In this document: in pieces, positions 1 to 10,063 of the stretch
Layout: each line of letters opens with the position of its first letter
Position numbering within the stretch: the stretch's first letter is position 1
Translations under genes and position numbers: made by a program
The notes under the pieces: generated by a model
What the model saw: the letters and a program-made list of their open reading frames with translations, nothing else
Told to the model about the DNA's origin: nothing
Database searches by the model: none
From: Opitutaceae bacterium
GTDB taxonomy: Bacteria > Verrucomicrobiota > Verrucomicrobiia > Opitutales > Coraliomargaritaceae
DNA: 64,000 bases
Direction: 5' to 3'
Assembly (NCBI GenBank): GCA_051252375.1
Contig: JBPOFY010000001.1
Span: 256,001 to 320,000 of the forward strand

Positions 1-4
1 AGGG

Positions 5-1072
5 GTGCGCGAAGCGCGATACCTCTGCCCAGGCATTACCTTTGTGCAAGGCAACCACACCCGCTACGTCCAAGCGCACGAAAAAATCCATAAGCTCATC
101 CACAGCGTCATTTACGTCGATGCCGTGCTCTCAATCGACGAAATGTATGGTCGCCTGCCTCCCCGCTGGCAGCCGCCCGAAATCGCCCGCGCCAAAGCAC
201 TCGAAATCAAGACCACACTTTTACAAGGACTCGGTCCTCACATCCGAGCCTCCATCGGCATCGCTCCCAATCGCTTCCTAGCTAAACTCGCCAGCAAACT
301 CGAGAAACCCAACGGCCTGGTTCTCATCGATTTCGAATCCATCCCCGACGCACTGCTACGCATGCCACTCAGCGAAGTCACCGGGATCGGACGCCGCATC
401 GAACAACGCCTCCGCACCGCCCGCATCCTCACGATGGACGATCTTTATCGAGCGACACGCCGAAAGTTGCACCGCATTTGGGGTTCAATCGAAGGCGACC
501 GCATGTGGTATGCCCTGCGCGGAATCGAGCTACCGCCAGTGGAAACGCACCGCGGCACGATCGGTCATTCCCATATCCTTCCACCCCGGCTCCGCACAGT
601 CACTGGCGCCCACTCCGTCCTCCACCGCATGCTCCAAAAAGCCTGCCGTCGACTCCGCGCAATGGATTACTTTGCCGGGCAACTCGAAGTGCAGGTTAAA
701 TTCGGCTTCGACTTACGCTGGCGCGCTCAAGCCCACTGCTTCGCCACCCAAGACTCCCTTATCCTCGGTGAACGCCTCAATGAACTCTGGAGTCAACGTC
801 CCGAAGATGTCCCCAATCCCACAAAAGTAGCCGTCACACTAGAACAGCTCACCCACGGGAACTCACACACACCCTCACTCTTCCCCGAAGAAAACCACCC
901 ACGCCGCATCGCCCTCCAACAAGTCATGGACAACATCAACAAACGCTACGGCGGCCGCACCCTTTATTACGCCCCCGCCATGCAAGCCCAACGCTCCCCC
1001 GAAGCCGCCCCCATGCGCATCGCCTTCAACCATATTCCGGATCTCGAATTGGAAGATGATGGAGGATTGTAG
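5..1072 (+). CDS. Y-family DNA polymerase (DinB/UmuC-like), 5' end truncated by the window edge
   Basis: SIDE catalytic motif, SIGIAPNRFLAKLAS..KPNG, HhH (GIGRR), little-finger domain, C-terminal MDNINKRYG; N-terminal DMDxF motif lies outside the window. Confidence 0.9.
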   Translation: MREARYLCPGITFVQGNHTRYVQAHEKIHKLIHSVIYVDAVLSIDEMYGRLPPRWQPPEIARAKALEIKTTLLQGLGPHIRASIGIAPNRFLAKLASKLEKPNGLVLIDFESIPDALLRMPLSEVTGIGRRIEQRLRTARILTMDDLYRATRRKLHRIWGSIEGDRMWYALRGIELPPVETHRGTIGHSHILPPRLRTVTGAHSVLHRMLQKACRRLRAMDYFAGQLEVQVKFGFDLRWRAQAHCFATQDSLILGERLNELWSQRPEDVPNPTKVAVTLEQLTHGNSHTPSLFPEENHPRRIALQQVMDNINKRYGGRTLYYAPAMQAQRSPEAAPMRIAFNHIPDLELEDDGGL

Positions 1073-1081
1073 ATTAGGCAC

Positions 1082-1102
1082 AAAAAAGCGGCATTATGCC
1101 GC
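1082..1102 (-). terminator. Intrinsic terminator for the sugar dehydrogenase gene
   Basis: GCGGCAT-T-ATGCCGC palindrome next to an A6 tract (U6 on the minus strand), between convergent genes. Confidence 0.7.
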
Positions 1103-1149
1103 CTTACTAACGAAGGGCAAAATGCCCCGCTTACTCGGCTCAATTCTCT

Positions 1150-2988
1150 TTACTCCCAATCAAAACGGAAGAAGCGCGACTGTTCAGGATCAACTGGGAC
1201 AAGATAACGATAAGTCACCCGCTCCATTCCATTCGCCAACGCAGTCGTCGCTCTAACCTCAAAGTTTTCACTTAAAGCCAGAGTAAAACCGACTGCTAAG
1301 TCTTCGCTCACTTCCAAAGTATACGTAAGCGTCCCATCCGCTGGCGGACGTTCCAAACAAAATTCAAAATACGACTCTGAAGCCTCTTCGACAATCGCAG
1401 ACGGCGCACTTTTGAGTATCAGTTTGGGTGTCCCCTGAAAACGATATAGCTTCCAATTGGTCTTACTCGCCAAATATAAATTGCCATAACTATCTTTACC
1501 AAAACGCATATTCGCTCGGCTGTTACCAACAATTATAGCCAGATCTGTGGGCACACCACTCGCATCTACCAAGGGCAACTCCAACATTTCAGCGTTCTCA
1601 GCATCAGAATCCAGCGTTGCTACCGCACCATAAAAAATTTGATCCGTAGAAATATTACCAAACAAATAGATTCCGCTTAATTCTTCTGACCAAAAGCCCT
1701 CATAATAATCACCACCGACCACTGCGGACGTTCCATTTAAGTTATTACCTTCATGCGTAAACTGGAAGACGGGATACTTGAATCCATCATCGCTCGCGCC
1801 TGATCGAGCCAACGTTTCCTGAACTAAGTTCATCTGATTTTTATCCCGCACATAATAAGTAACCGCAGGATCATCGACCGCTCCCGAGGGCATCCATACC
1901 ATCGACTCATCAGCTCCGAGCGGTGAACCATCGACTTGATCACACCAAGGAACTAGGAAAGTTCCTTCTCGATTTGGCCATCCATAATTCCCACCAGAAA
2001 AAAGAACATTAATCTCTTCTGCAGTGTGCTCACCAACATCCGCAACAATGGGACGCCCTTGAGGGGAGAAAGTTAAAGACAGAGGGTTCCGAAAACCTTT
2101 TGCAAAGAGTTCCTCTCGATGCCCGGCAATATCAATATAAGGATTATCTAAAGGAATCGAAAACTTACCATTATCCGATCGTCGCAAACCTTGGACTAGA
2201 AGCTCACCATCAGTTTTACTGGATGGGTCAAGGGGATCGATGCGAATAACTCCAGCATGAATAGTATTAAAATCCTGCCCAACATTGGAGACATCTGATA
2301 CTAAGCTCAACTGGCTAGTTGACGTGTATGAAACACCTCCCGTCTTTGCTCCATTATCTCCAAAACAAGCATATAGATAACCATCAGAATCAAATCCTAA
2401 TTGTTGCACAGTGTGCCATACATGTTCAAAACGGACCCGAAACAGTTGCCGGTAAGTCGGTTCACCATTAACCAACTGATTAAAATTCCATTCCGCTAAA
2501 ACATACTCCGATTCAAAGTAACTAGTGCCGTATTCCGGTGGATCAGTGGCATCCTGATTTTCTTTGTGAGCAGTATAAACTAAACCATTTACCGCATAGT
2601 CGGGATGAAAGGCAAAGCCGCGTAAGCCGCGCGAAGGGCTATAGCCAGTTGCATCATTAAACAGAGGACGCAAAGCCGCTACATCCAATAATGCTTCTGA
2701 GCCCACGTTTCCGTCCAAATCATACTCCCAGATGCGCCCCTCCTTCAAAGCAACAAAGAGCGAGTCACCACGCCCAACGATCTGCTGCACTTGCCCACCG
2801 CCAGGTAGTGTCGCCAATTCAACCAATTGAACTGCTAGATCTACAGACCCAGTCGCCCGAGCTCCCAAGCCATAATCCGCGAGTGCCTTACCGGCAGGTA
2901 ATTGATCACTAATGACATTAGTCGCACCATAGAGACAAGACGACAGACCCAATAGAGCGGGAAGCAGAAAAGCACGGATAACCATCAA
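1150..2988 (-). CDS. Secreted PQQ-dependent glucose/sorbosone dehydrogenase family protein with C-terminal accessory domain
   Basis: Signal peptide; GLRGFAFHPDY, GYLYACFGDNG, IPLDNPY, AKGFRNP, ADVGE..EEIN..GGNYGWP..EG motifs. Confidence 0.85.
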   Translation of the reverse strand: MMVIRAFLLPALLGLSSCLYGATNVISDQLPAGKALADYGLGARATGSVDLAVQLVELATLPGGGQVQQIVGRGDSLFVALKEGRIWEYDLDGNVGSEALLDVAALRPLFNDATGYSPSRGLRGFAFHPDYAVNGLVYTAHKENQDATDPPEYGTSYFESEYVLAEWNFNQLVNGEPTYRQLFRVRFEHVWHTVQQLGFDSDGYLYACFGDNGAKTGGVSYTSTSQLSLVSDVSNVGQDFNTIHAGVIRIDPLDPSSKTDGELLVQGLRRSDNGKFSIPLDNPYIDIAGHREELFAKGFRNPLSLTFSPQGRPIVADVGEHTAEEINVLFSGGNYGWPNREGTFLVPWCDQVDGSPLGADESMVWMPSGAVDDPAVTYYVRDKNQMNLVQETLARSGASDDGFKYPVFQFTHEGNNLNGTSAVVGGDYYEGFWSEELSGIYLFGNISTDQIFYGAVATLDSDAENAEMLELPLVDASGVPTDLAIIVGNSRANMRFGKDSYGNLYLASKTNWKLYRFQGTPKLILKSAPSAIVEEASESYFEFCLERPPADGTLTYTLEVSEDLAVGFTLALSENFEVRATTALANGMERVTYRYLVPVDPEQSRFFRFDWE

Positions 2989-3069
2989 GAAAAACTAGAG
3001 CATTAGAATGCCTAATCAATATATTTCAACCTAAGGACAAAGCTCACACCAATCCCACACTGACCAAAC

Positions 3070-3100
3070 AAAAAGGCAGCCGCATTGCTGCTGGCTGCCT
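3070..3100 (-). terminator. Intrinsic terminator at the end of the polysaccharide operon
   Basis: AGGCAGCC...GGCTGCCT stem followed by a U-tract on the minus strand, about 25 bp after the last gene's stop. Confidence 0.75.
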
Positions 3101-3123
3101 CTAGAATAGAATGTTGGAGACTA

Positions 3124-3783
3124 TCAGGGATTAAAGATATGATGCTTCGGTAAATCAGCAAAAGCACGGTCAGCTATTTTACTCTCCGAAAAGAGCACCA
3201 CCCAAGCAGTTACGAAAATGATCTTCATATCCAATAAAAAAGACTTTTTCCGCTTATACCACAGCTCCACTGCTCCCTTGAAAGGTGCAATCTCTCGCTT
3301 GTAGAATTCGTGATAGTCTTCACCGCTTTCGTGAATAATGTTTTCCTCGTCGCGAAAGATAATCGAGCCGATACCCGTCAAACCGGGCTGCACATCTTGA
3401 ATCTCATCCAAGATTTCTACTGGAATGTAATCTCGTGTTTCTTTGGTCAAAGGACGTGGGCCCACCACACTCATATCACCCACAAAGATATTCCACAGCT
3501 GCGGCACTTCATTGAGTTTTGTCTTACGCAAGAATCCCCCTAAGGGCAAAACGCGTGGATCATTCTTTTTCGTAATCGTGCCCGTCCCGATGTTTGGACT
3601 GTCCTTTAGCATCGTGGCAAATTTCAGGACATCAAAGTTCTTACCATTCCGCCCCACACGTGATTGACGGTAAAAAACCTCCCCTTCTCCAGTAAAACGA
3701 AGGATGATAGCAAGTATGATTCCGATGGGCGAAAAAGCCAGCAATGCCAGGCCCGAGGAGATAATATCAAATAGTCTTTTCAT
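3124..3783 (-). CDS. Bacterial sugar transferase (PglC/WcaJ-type initiating phosphoglycosyl transferase)
   Basis: KRLFD, VFYRQSRVG, KFATM, DPRV..G.FLRKTKLNEVPQLWNIF.GDMSVVGPRP; start moved to the ATG at 3783. Confidence 0.92.
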   Translation of the reverse strand: MKRLFDIISSGLALLAFSPIGIILAIILRFTGEGEVFYRQSRVGRNGKNFDVLKFATMLKDSPNIGTGTITKKNDPRVLPLGGFLRKTKLNEVPQLWNIFVGDMSVVGPRPLTKETRDYIPVEILDEIQDVQPGLTGIGSIIFRDEENIIHESGEDYHEFYKREIAPFKGAVELWYKRKKSFLLDMKIIFVTAWVVLFSESKIADRAFADLPKHHIFNP

Positions 3784-3787
3784 AATA

Positions 3788-4978
3788 TTACATTCGGGAA
3801 TCGAGATATTTCCCCTTCTCTTCATGGCTCAGTTCAGGGAGCACACTTAAATACAAATCGACCATCGCCGCTTTATTCCACGGTCCCTTCGACTCTCGGA
3901 TATCGGCAATTCCACTTTCAAATTGATCTAAAACCGTCGCATCATAATCAGCTTGATTTTTAATCACCCCTATCCCGCCGAATGTATCCAGATCCAGCGT
4001 CTCATTGCCCATGAAGAACTCCTCGTATGCCTTCTCCCCTGTCGTATCACTGCCAAAGAAATATACTGGCCATTTATTCTGGGGGATCAATTCAGCAGCC
4101 CGATCTCTGGCCTCATCTTCCGTGGCACATTGCACGGGTTCGTAACCATGACTTTCCAAAAAGCGAATCGCGATATCTGAAAATTTCGTCAACTCAAGCT
4201 CCCCATCTTGATGCGGAAAAAAGATATCTAAATTCTCACCAAAAATCGCCGACATCATGCAAAGCTCACCTGACTCCTGTGGGGTTACAAAATAACGCTT
4301 CACGTCATTCGGAGCCGAGAGTGGCTGATGCTTCATCATGCGTTGAGTAAATCCATGCAACAAGCTACCGTCACTAAAAGCAACATTCGCAAAACGCGCC
4401 ATCGAAACATCCACTGCAGATGACTCGCGATGAAGGAACTTCTCCATTATCCGTTTAGAACCACCCATCAAATTCACAGGGTTAGCCGCTTTATCGGTAG
4501 AGACCGCGAAATACTTTCTTGCACCCTGCGCTGCTGCCAGACGTGCCGTCTTCACTGTATTGAAAACATTAACTTCGAGCATACGCATTAAAGTATACGG
4601 ATCCTTCTCACTGCGCACGTGCTTCAGCGCCGAGAGATTACAGATGTAATCATAGGGCTCTTGCGATTCAATAAAGGCATCAAAATAGCGGCTATTCACA
4701 TCAACTGGTATCGTTTGAAAATCACCACTACCATACCCCAAGGTGCTGCGCACATCTCGAACCAATTCCACCAAATTATTCTCACTGATATCGACCACAT
4801 GCAAAGCACGTGGATCGCGCTTAAAGAATTCCCGCACGACAGCCTGCCCAATCGTACCTGCACCACCGATCACTAAAATACGTGCGGGTTGAATCGCAGC
4901 CCTTAAAGCCGACTCCCGGGCTTCAACATCGGCTGAAAATAACGGACGCGTGCGCCCAACAATGTGCATTATATTCAT
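3788..4978 (-). CDS. UDP-GlcNAc 4,6-dehydratase (soluble Polysacc_synt_2/CapD-like)
   Basis: GGAGTIG, SALKHV, STDKAANPVNLMGGSK, RFANVAFSDGS. Confidence 0.88.
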   Translation of the reverse strand: MNIMHIVGRTRPLFSADVEARESALRAAIQPARILVIGGAGTIGQAVVREFFKRDPRALHVVDISENNLVELVRDVRSTLGYGSGDFQTIPVDVNSRYFDAFIESQEPYDYICNLSALKHVRSEKDPYTLMRMLEVNVFNTVKTARLAAAQGARKYFAVSTDKAANPVNLMGGSKRIMEKFLHRESSAVDVSMARFANVAFSDGSLLHGFTQRMMKHQPLSAPNDVKRYFVTPQESGELCMMSAIFGENLDIFFPHQDGELELTKFSDIAIRFLESHGYEPVQCATEDEARDRAAELIPQNKWPVYFFGSDTTGEKAYEEFFMGNETLDLDTFGGIGVIKNQADYDATVLDQFESGIADIRESKGPWNKAAMVDLYLSVLPELSHEEKGKYLDSRM

Positions 4979-5024
4979 AAGTATTTTAAAAGTTTAGAAA
5001 TTATCGGTGAATACAAAAATGGGA

Positions 5025-6914
5025 TCAACTCTCGATCCGATTCACCAGTAGATTGAGCATGGCTGTTTTGGCAACTTCACTGGAAGATGAAGTTTCACAC
5101 TCTATAAAGCTTTCAAACTCATGGAGGAACTTCGACGGTTCTGAGAACTCGACAACAGAAGAGGCAATCCTTGAAATTTTAGAATGCTTGGTCGGCATTA
5201 ATATTTCGTCCTCATATTGAAGCACCTCCTCCATTTTCTCACCAGGGCGTGCTCCTGTGTATGTGATCTCAATATCCACATCAGGCTCCAGACCTTTCAA
5301 GCGAATTAGATCTCGAGCAACATCATCGATGCGCACCGGCTGTCCCATATCCAAAACAAACAGTGCATTCTTTTCGTCAAATGAAGACGCCTGCAACACC
5401 AACCCCACCGCTTCTGGAATTGTCATAAAATAGCGCGTCATGGAAGGATCTGTAACGGTCACAGGGCCTCCGCGATCAATTTGTTTCTCAAAGATAGGGA
5501 TAACACTCCCCGAAGACCCGATTACATTCCCAAAACGAACAATAGAAAAATCGACTTCTCCTGAACCGCCCGTTGCAATCAACGCTTGAATCGCAAGCTC
5601 AGCGAGTCGCTTGCTTGCCCCCATCGCACTTGACGGATACACCGCCTTATCTGTTGAAATTAGGCAGAAGCTTTGCACTGAGTATTCCACCGCTAGTTTT
5701 GCAAACTCATAGGTCCCAAAGGCATTATTAAGAAATGCCTCCATAGGTTGACGCTCCATCATACCAACATGCTTATGAGCCGCGGCATGATAAATAATGT
5801 TCGGACGAAATTCTTCGAACAACTGACGAAGCTCTCGAGTATTTTTAATATCTGCTACCCTTGTCTCCAACTGCACTTTGACACCAGAATCCAACAATAT
5901 TTTCTCGGTAAGAAACAACGCACTCTCACAACGATCCACGATAATCAATCGCGAGGGCTCCATACTTGCTAACTGATACGCCAGTTCCTGGCCAATACTC
6001 CCCCCAGCGCCGGTCAACAGAACGACATGATTTCCCACAAATTCATGAATTTCAATAGGGTCTATTTTAACAGGGTCTCGATAAAGCAAATCTTCAATGT
6101 TCACTTCACGCGTTTGAGACGCACGAAAACTACCACTTACAATTTCCCCTACAGACGGAACGGTTTCTACCGGTATCTTGTGTTGCTTTAATAGAGAAAC
6201 CAACGCGCGCAATCTCTCCGGCGAAGCGCTAGGCATCGCCAAAATAACTTTATCCAAATCATGTGTGGCGAAGAACGACGGAATTTGCTCCGGAGCGCCT
6301 GCAATTGGAATACCATGCAACTGCCTGCCATGCTTCTCTGAGCTATCATCAAAAAATATGACTGGGCGCATGCCTAATTCTGGTTGCGATATTAACTCTG
6401 AAACAAGAGCCGAACCCGCTTGACCGGCACCTACGATTGCCACGCGTTCCAATTTCTTACCACCACGAAAAAATCCTTTGCGTCGTTCGTCGACAATACG
6501 AATACCGCCCCTAAGTCCCATCACGGAGAACGTAAAGAGTATGTAATCGGTCAATAGTACCGAAGCAGGTGGCACGTATTGATAGGAACTAACGACCCAG
6601 ATTGCTAACAGCACCGCGGTCGCGAGACTTGAGCCCACAAACAGACGTATTGCATCGGGCAGTCTGAAGAAACGGAGCAGTCCTGTGAATTGGCCCAAGG
6701 CATAAAGGCAAACCATCTTAAACGTCAGAATCCACAGCCCTTGAATCGCAACGAGATCCCGAAAACGTTCGGGTATCCCATCAATTCCAGAGTAGAACCC
6801 AAAACGAAGCTTCCAGGATAACCAATAGCTCACAAGCGCCGCACTGCCATACAATGCGATCAGTATTATAAATCTTAGGGGGCGAGACATACGAAATAAT
6901 GGGGATGAACCCAA
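5025..6914 (-). CDS. Membrane-bound nucleoside-diphosphate-sugar dehydratase (CapD/WbpM/PglF family)
   Basis: Four N-terminal TM helices, CoA-binding-like domain (GAGQAG), GAGGSIG, HAAAHKHV, STDKAV, RFGNVIGSSGSV; the start may be the ATG at 6890. Confidence 0.92.
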   Translation of the reverse strand: MGSSPLFRMSRPLRFIILIALYGSAALVSYWLSWKLRFGFYSGIDGIPERFRDLVAIQGLWILTFKMVCLYALGQFTGLLRFFRLPDAIRLFVGSSLATAVLLAIWVVSSYQYVPPASVLLTDYILFTFSVMGLRGGIRIVDERRKGFFRGGKKLERVAIVGAGQAGSALVSELISQPELGMRPVIFFDDSSEKHGRQLHGIPIAGAPEQIPSFFATHDLDKVILAMPSASPERLRALVSLLKQHKIPVETVPSVGEIVSGSFRASQTREVNIEDLLYRDPVKIDPIEIHEFVGNHVVLLTGAGGSIGQELAYQLASMEPSRLIIVDRCESALFLTEKILLDSGVKVQLETRVADIKNTRELRQLFEEFRPNIIYHAAAHKHVGMMERQPMEAFLNNAFGTYEFAKLAVEYSVQSFCLISTDKAVYPSSAMGASKRLAELAIQALIATGGSGEVDFSIVRFGNVIGSSGSVIPIFEKQIDRGGPVTVTDPSMTRYFMTIPEAVGLVLQASSFDEKNALFVLDMGQPVRIDDVARDLIRLKGLEPDVDIEITYTGARPGEKMEEVLQYEDEILMPTKHSKISRIASSVVEFSEPSKFLHEFESFIECETSSSSEVAKTAMLNLLVNRIES

Positions 6915-6955
6915 AGAACATCAAAGTAGCGTGGCAAACGCAACGGGCGAGTCCA

Positions 6956-8110
6956 CTACAACCCTGCCGTGCTGGGGATATTAATAATGCGTTGCGCAAG
7001 GGACTCAGTCACGGGGAGTTCCATTCGTGGACAATCGGCATACATGGGCAGTTCATGTAGCGGAATCCAAATCGGTCGCGTCATGATGTTCTGACTATTT
7101 GTCATTTCTAGTATTTGATTGCGCAGCTCCAGGTCAGGCTTGTCCAAAATCAGCGCATTCAACCAATAATTGCTACGACAGCCTTCCGGTTCGGTTACGA
7201 AGCTTACGCCCTCCATGTCAGCAAATGCTACTTGGTAGCGCTCGGCTAATGACCGTTTCTGCGCAAGCATCCCTGGTAGCTTTTCCATTTGAGCACAGCC
7301 CATGGCGGCATTGAGTGCGGGCATACGATAATTATACCCCAATTCATCGTGGAAAAACTCCCACTTGTGCGGACGTTTGGCTGTAGTCGAGAGATACTTT
7401 GCTTGATCAGCCAATTCGTCATCGTTGAAGAGAATCGCGCCCCCTCCTCCAGTCGTAATGACTTTATTCCCGTTGAAACTCAAAGTGCCACAAATGCCGA
7501 AGTTGCCAGTGTGGCGATCACCCGAGTAGGAACCGAGCGACTCGGCAGCATCCTCGACAACTGGCAGATGATAACGATCCGCAACCTTAACCAACTCTTC
7601 GATAAAGACAGGGTGGCCAAAGGCATGCATGGGCACCACGGCCGAAATTCGACGACCGGTTTCACGGTTATAACATCCATCATCACGAAGTTCTGCAACT
7701 GACTCTAGGCGCTCAGCAAGCACAATTGGATCCAGACCAAAACGTGACGCTTCGACATCTACAAAATGAGGGGTCGCTCCTACATAGCGAACGGCATTGG
7801 CTGTCGCAACAAAAGTCAATGAAGGGATGATCACTTCATCTCCCGGTTGCACGCCTGCAACGCGCAAGGCCAAATGGAGCGCGGCAGTGCCGTTTACGCA
7901 TAAAACTGCACGCTTCGCACCAGTGAACTCGACCAAAGCGGCTTCGAATCGATCGCAAAAAGCTCCAACAGAAGATACCATATTGGACTCTACGCACTCT
8001 CGGAGCAGGTCGACCTCACGATTGTCGAAGATCGGGATATGTAAGGGAGTGAAGTTCTCGCGGGGGCCGATAACAGAATGGATACGATCTAGAATTGTTG
8101 ACGGGTTCAT
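6956..8110 (-). CDS. DegT/DnrJ PLP-dependent sugar aminotransferase (LegC-like)
   Basis: VSSVG.F, NGTAALH, EDAAESLGS, SFNGNKVITTGGGG, GYNYRMPALNAA. Confidence 0.92.
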   Translation of the reverse strand: MNPSTILDRIHSVIGPRENFTPLHIPIFDNREVDLLRECVESNMVSSVGAFCDRFEAALVEFTGAKRAVLCVNGTAALHLALRVAGVQPGDEVIIPSLTFVATANAVRYVGATPHFVDVEASRFGLDPIVLAERLESVAELRDDGCYNRETGRRISAVVPMHAFGHPVFIEELVKVADRYHLPVVEDAAESLGSYSGDRHTGNFGICGTLSFNGNKVITTGGGGAILFNDDELADQAKYLSTTAKRPHKWEFFHDELGYNYRMPALNAAMGCAQMEKLPGMLAQKRSLAERYQVAFADMEGVSFVTEPEGCRSNYWLNALILDKPDLELRNQILEMTNSQNIMTRPIWIPLHELPMYADCPRMELPVTESLAQRIINIPSTAGL

Positions 8111-8170
8111 GATGAATATTTGTTAAAACTTTATAAGTGAACAATGAGTCCGAGGGAAGTCAGTCGAATC

Positions 8171-8794
8171 TCACGAAGGCGTTTTAGTGCTAATAATCCT
8201 TGCGGGGTTACCGGCTACGATAGAATCGGCAGGAATCTCCTTAAGAGAAACAACCGAGCCCGCACCGACAATGCATCGAGCACCAATGGTGACCCCTTTT
8301 AGAATAATTGAGTTTGTCCCGATAAATACATCATCACCGATCGTGACCGGAGCCGTCCGACAATTTTCCCGGTCTAGTTTGGCGACACGACGATGCTCCG
8401 GATCTAGGGAGTGAAAATCATGGTCGAATATTCTGACGTTACCACCAACAGTAACATGATCACCCACTTGGATACGACTCTTAGAAGAGAGGATTGCCCC
8501 CGAGATTCCAGTATGATCACCAATCACGATTTTTCCGTCACCGTAGCAGCAAAGCACGGATGGGTTAGTCATCCCGACTAGATTCGACATGAAGCGTGAG
8601 TTAATAGTCACGCCCTCTCCAATCTCGATGACATTGGGCTCGCGGCACTGTATGATCAGTCGACCATCCACTCTGAAACCAACACCCGCTCGGCAGCCAT
8701 GCATCCAGAGAGAGAATCGCGATACTAGCGTCCAAAACATCCGAGACAATCGGAGGAAGGCATTTTCCCAAATACGGATTATGAGAAACTTCAT
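8171..8794 (-). CDS. Hexapeptide-repeat acyltransferase
   Basis: IFDHDFH, PVTIGDDVFIG, GVTIG, AGNPAR left-handed beta-helix repeats. Confidence 0.88.
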   Translation of the reverse strand: MKFLIIRIWENAFLRLSRMFWTLVSRFSLWMHGCRAGVGFRVDGRLIIQCREPNVIEIGEGVTINSRFMSNLVGMTNPSVLCCYGDGKIVIGDHTGISGAILSSKSRIQVGDHVTVGGNVRIFDHDFHSLDPEHRRVAKLDRENCRTAPVTIGDDVFIGTNSIILKGVTIGARCIVGAGSVVSLKEIPADSIVAGNPARIISTKTPS

Positions 8795-8827
8795 AAATAT
8801 TTTCTATGTAACAACGGAGACGGGTAT

Positions 8828-10063
8828 CTAACGTATCATTCCCTCTGAGACGGGGTTTGTATTCCCCCCAGCCTTAACAAATTTGCTCAAATAGTCGAGC
8901 GCTTGAAAAACAGCAGGCAGCGGGTCGCTCAATACAAAATCATCATGCCTACAGTTTTTCTGTGGCGTGAGTGCTTCGAAAAATTCCTTGAAGCGCATTT
9001 TCCGAAGTGAATCTGCGGCTCCAAGCATATCGCCCAATATCCAACGCGCTTTCGCGTTGATGGCAGGAGGCGGGACATCAATCGACTCCACTCCAATCGC
9101 CGCCTGATACCAGAGCCATGGCATATCCATACCTGAAATGTAAGTTAACGCAGTGGCGCCTCCCAACCGACCGTTGATATCGATCAGCCGTGCCGTGCCG
9201 TTCTCATCTCTCAACCAGTCCATATCGACTACACCGTGCCAGTTGAGCGACTCCATCGCCTTAATCGCATCCCCCTTAATCGCAGGGTCATCAATGGTGA
9301 CACGAAAGGTAGACGTGCCGAAATTGTCAGCCCCCTTAGAGCGGACTATGTCAAATACAATGCTACTGAGATGTTTACCTCGATTGTAGACACCAAGCAC
9401 TCCAAGTTTCTTACCTGGCACGAATGCCTGAATTGTAGGCCAACGCTCAGGCGGTAATTTATATTCCTCAACCAACTTCAAGAACGCCGACTCCAAATCT
9501 TCTGAATGACGAACAATCGCCACTCCCTTAGCACTATTCCCAATCCGTGTCTTCACCACTACAGGGAAATCAAGCCGTTTCTGAAGAGATAGTAATTCTT
9601 CTTTCGAACCTACTTCGTAGGTGTCAGGCACAGGGCACCCTGCGGCAGCAACGTGCCTGACGTAATCCAGTTTGTCCTCAGCCGTATTCCAATCCCCATA
9701 TTCGGGGACGGCTACTTGAATACTCTCTGGCAATCGATCGCGATAGCGGATGACTGTTTCTACATCCTCGTGACACGGAAAAAGCACCGTCGCACCGCAT
9801 TGCTTCATCGCAGCGGCAAGTGCATCCATATAAGCAGATGGCTCTGCAAAAAAATCCGGTAGATGCGTGTAAGACTTTGTAAATTTCGAGAATCGCGACA
9901 TCGCCAACTTGGAATTATCGCCCACATGAACATCCACACCATGTGCACCAAGCGAGCGCACCACAGTGTAAGCCGTCCGGCACCACCCATAGGTGACGAA
10001 TGCCGATGGAAGTTGTTCTTTCGCGTTTTCTGGCATGCTATCTTTCATTTTTATTCGCACCAT
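8828..10063 (-). CDS. ATP-grasp carboxylate-amine ligase
   Basis: DK..., FPVVVKT..GNSAKGV, IQAFVPG, WHGVVDMDW, LIDINGR; the start may be the ATG at 10048. Confidence 0.85.
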   Translation of the reverse strand: MVRIKMKDSMPENAKEQLPSAFVTYGWCRTAYTVVRSLGAHGVDVHVGDNSKLAMSRFSKFTKSYTHLPDFFAEPSAYMDALAAAMKQCGATVLFPCHEDVETVIRYRDRLPESIQVAVPEYGDWNTAEDKLDYVRHVAAAGCPVPDTYEVGSKEELLSLQKRLDFPVVVKTRIGNSAKGVAIVRHSEDLESAFLKLVEEYKLPPERWPTIQAFVPGKKLGVLGVYNRGKHLSSIVFDIVRSKGADNFGTSTFRVTIDDPAIKGDAIKAMESLNWHGVVDMDWLRDENGTARLIDINGRLGGATALTYISGMDMPWLWYQAAIGVESIDVPPPAINAKARWILGDMLGAADSLRKMRFKEFFEALTPQKNCRHDDFVLSDPLPAVFQALDYLSKFVKAGGNTNPVSEGMIR

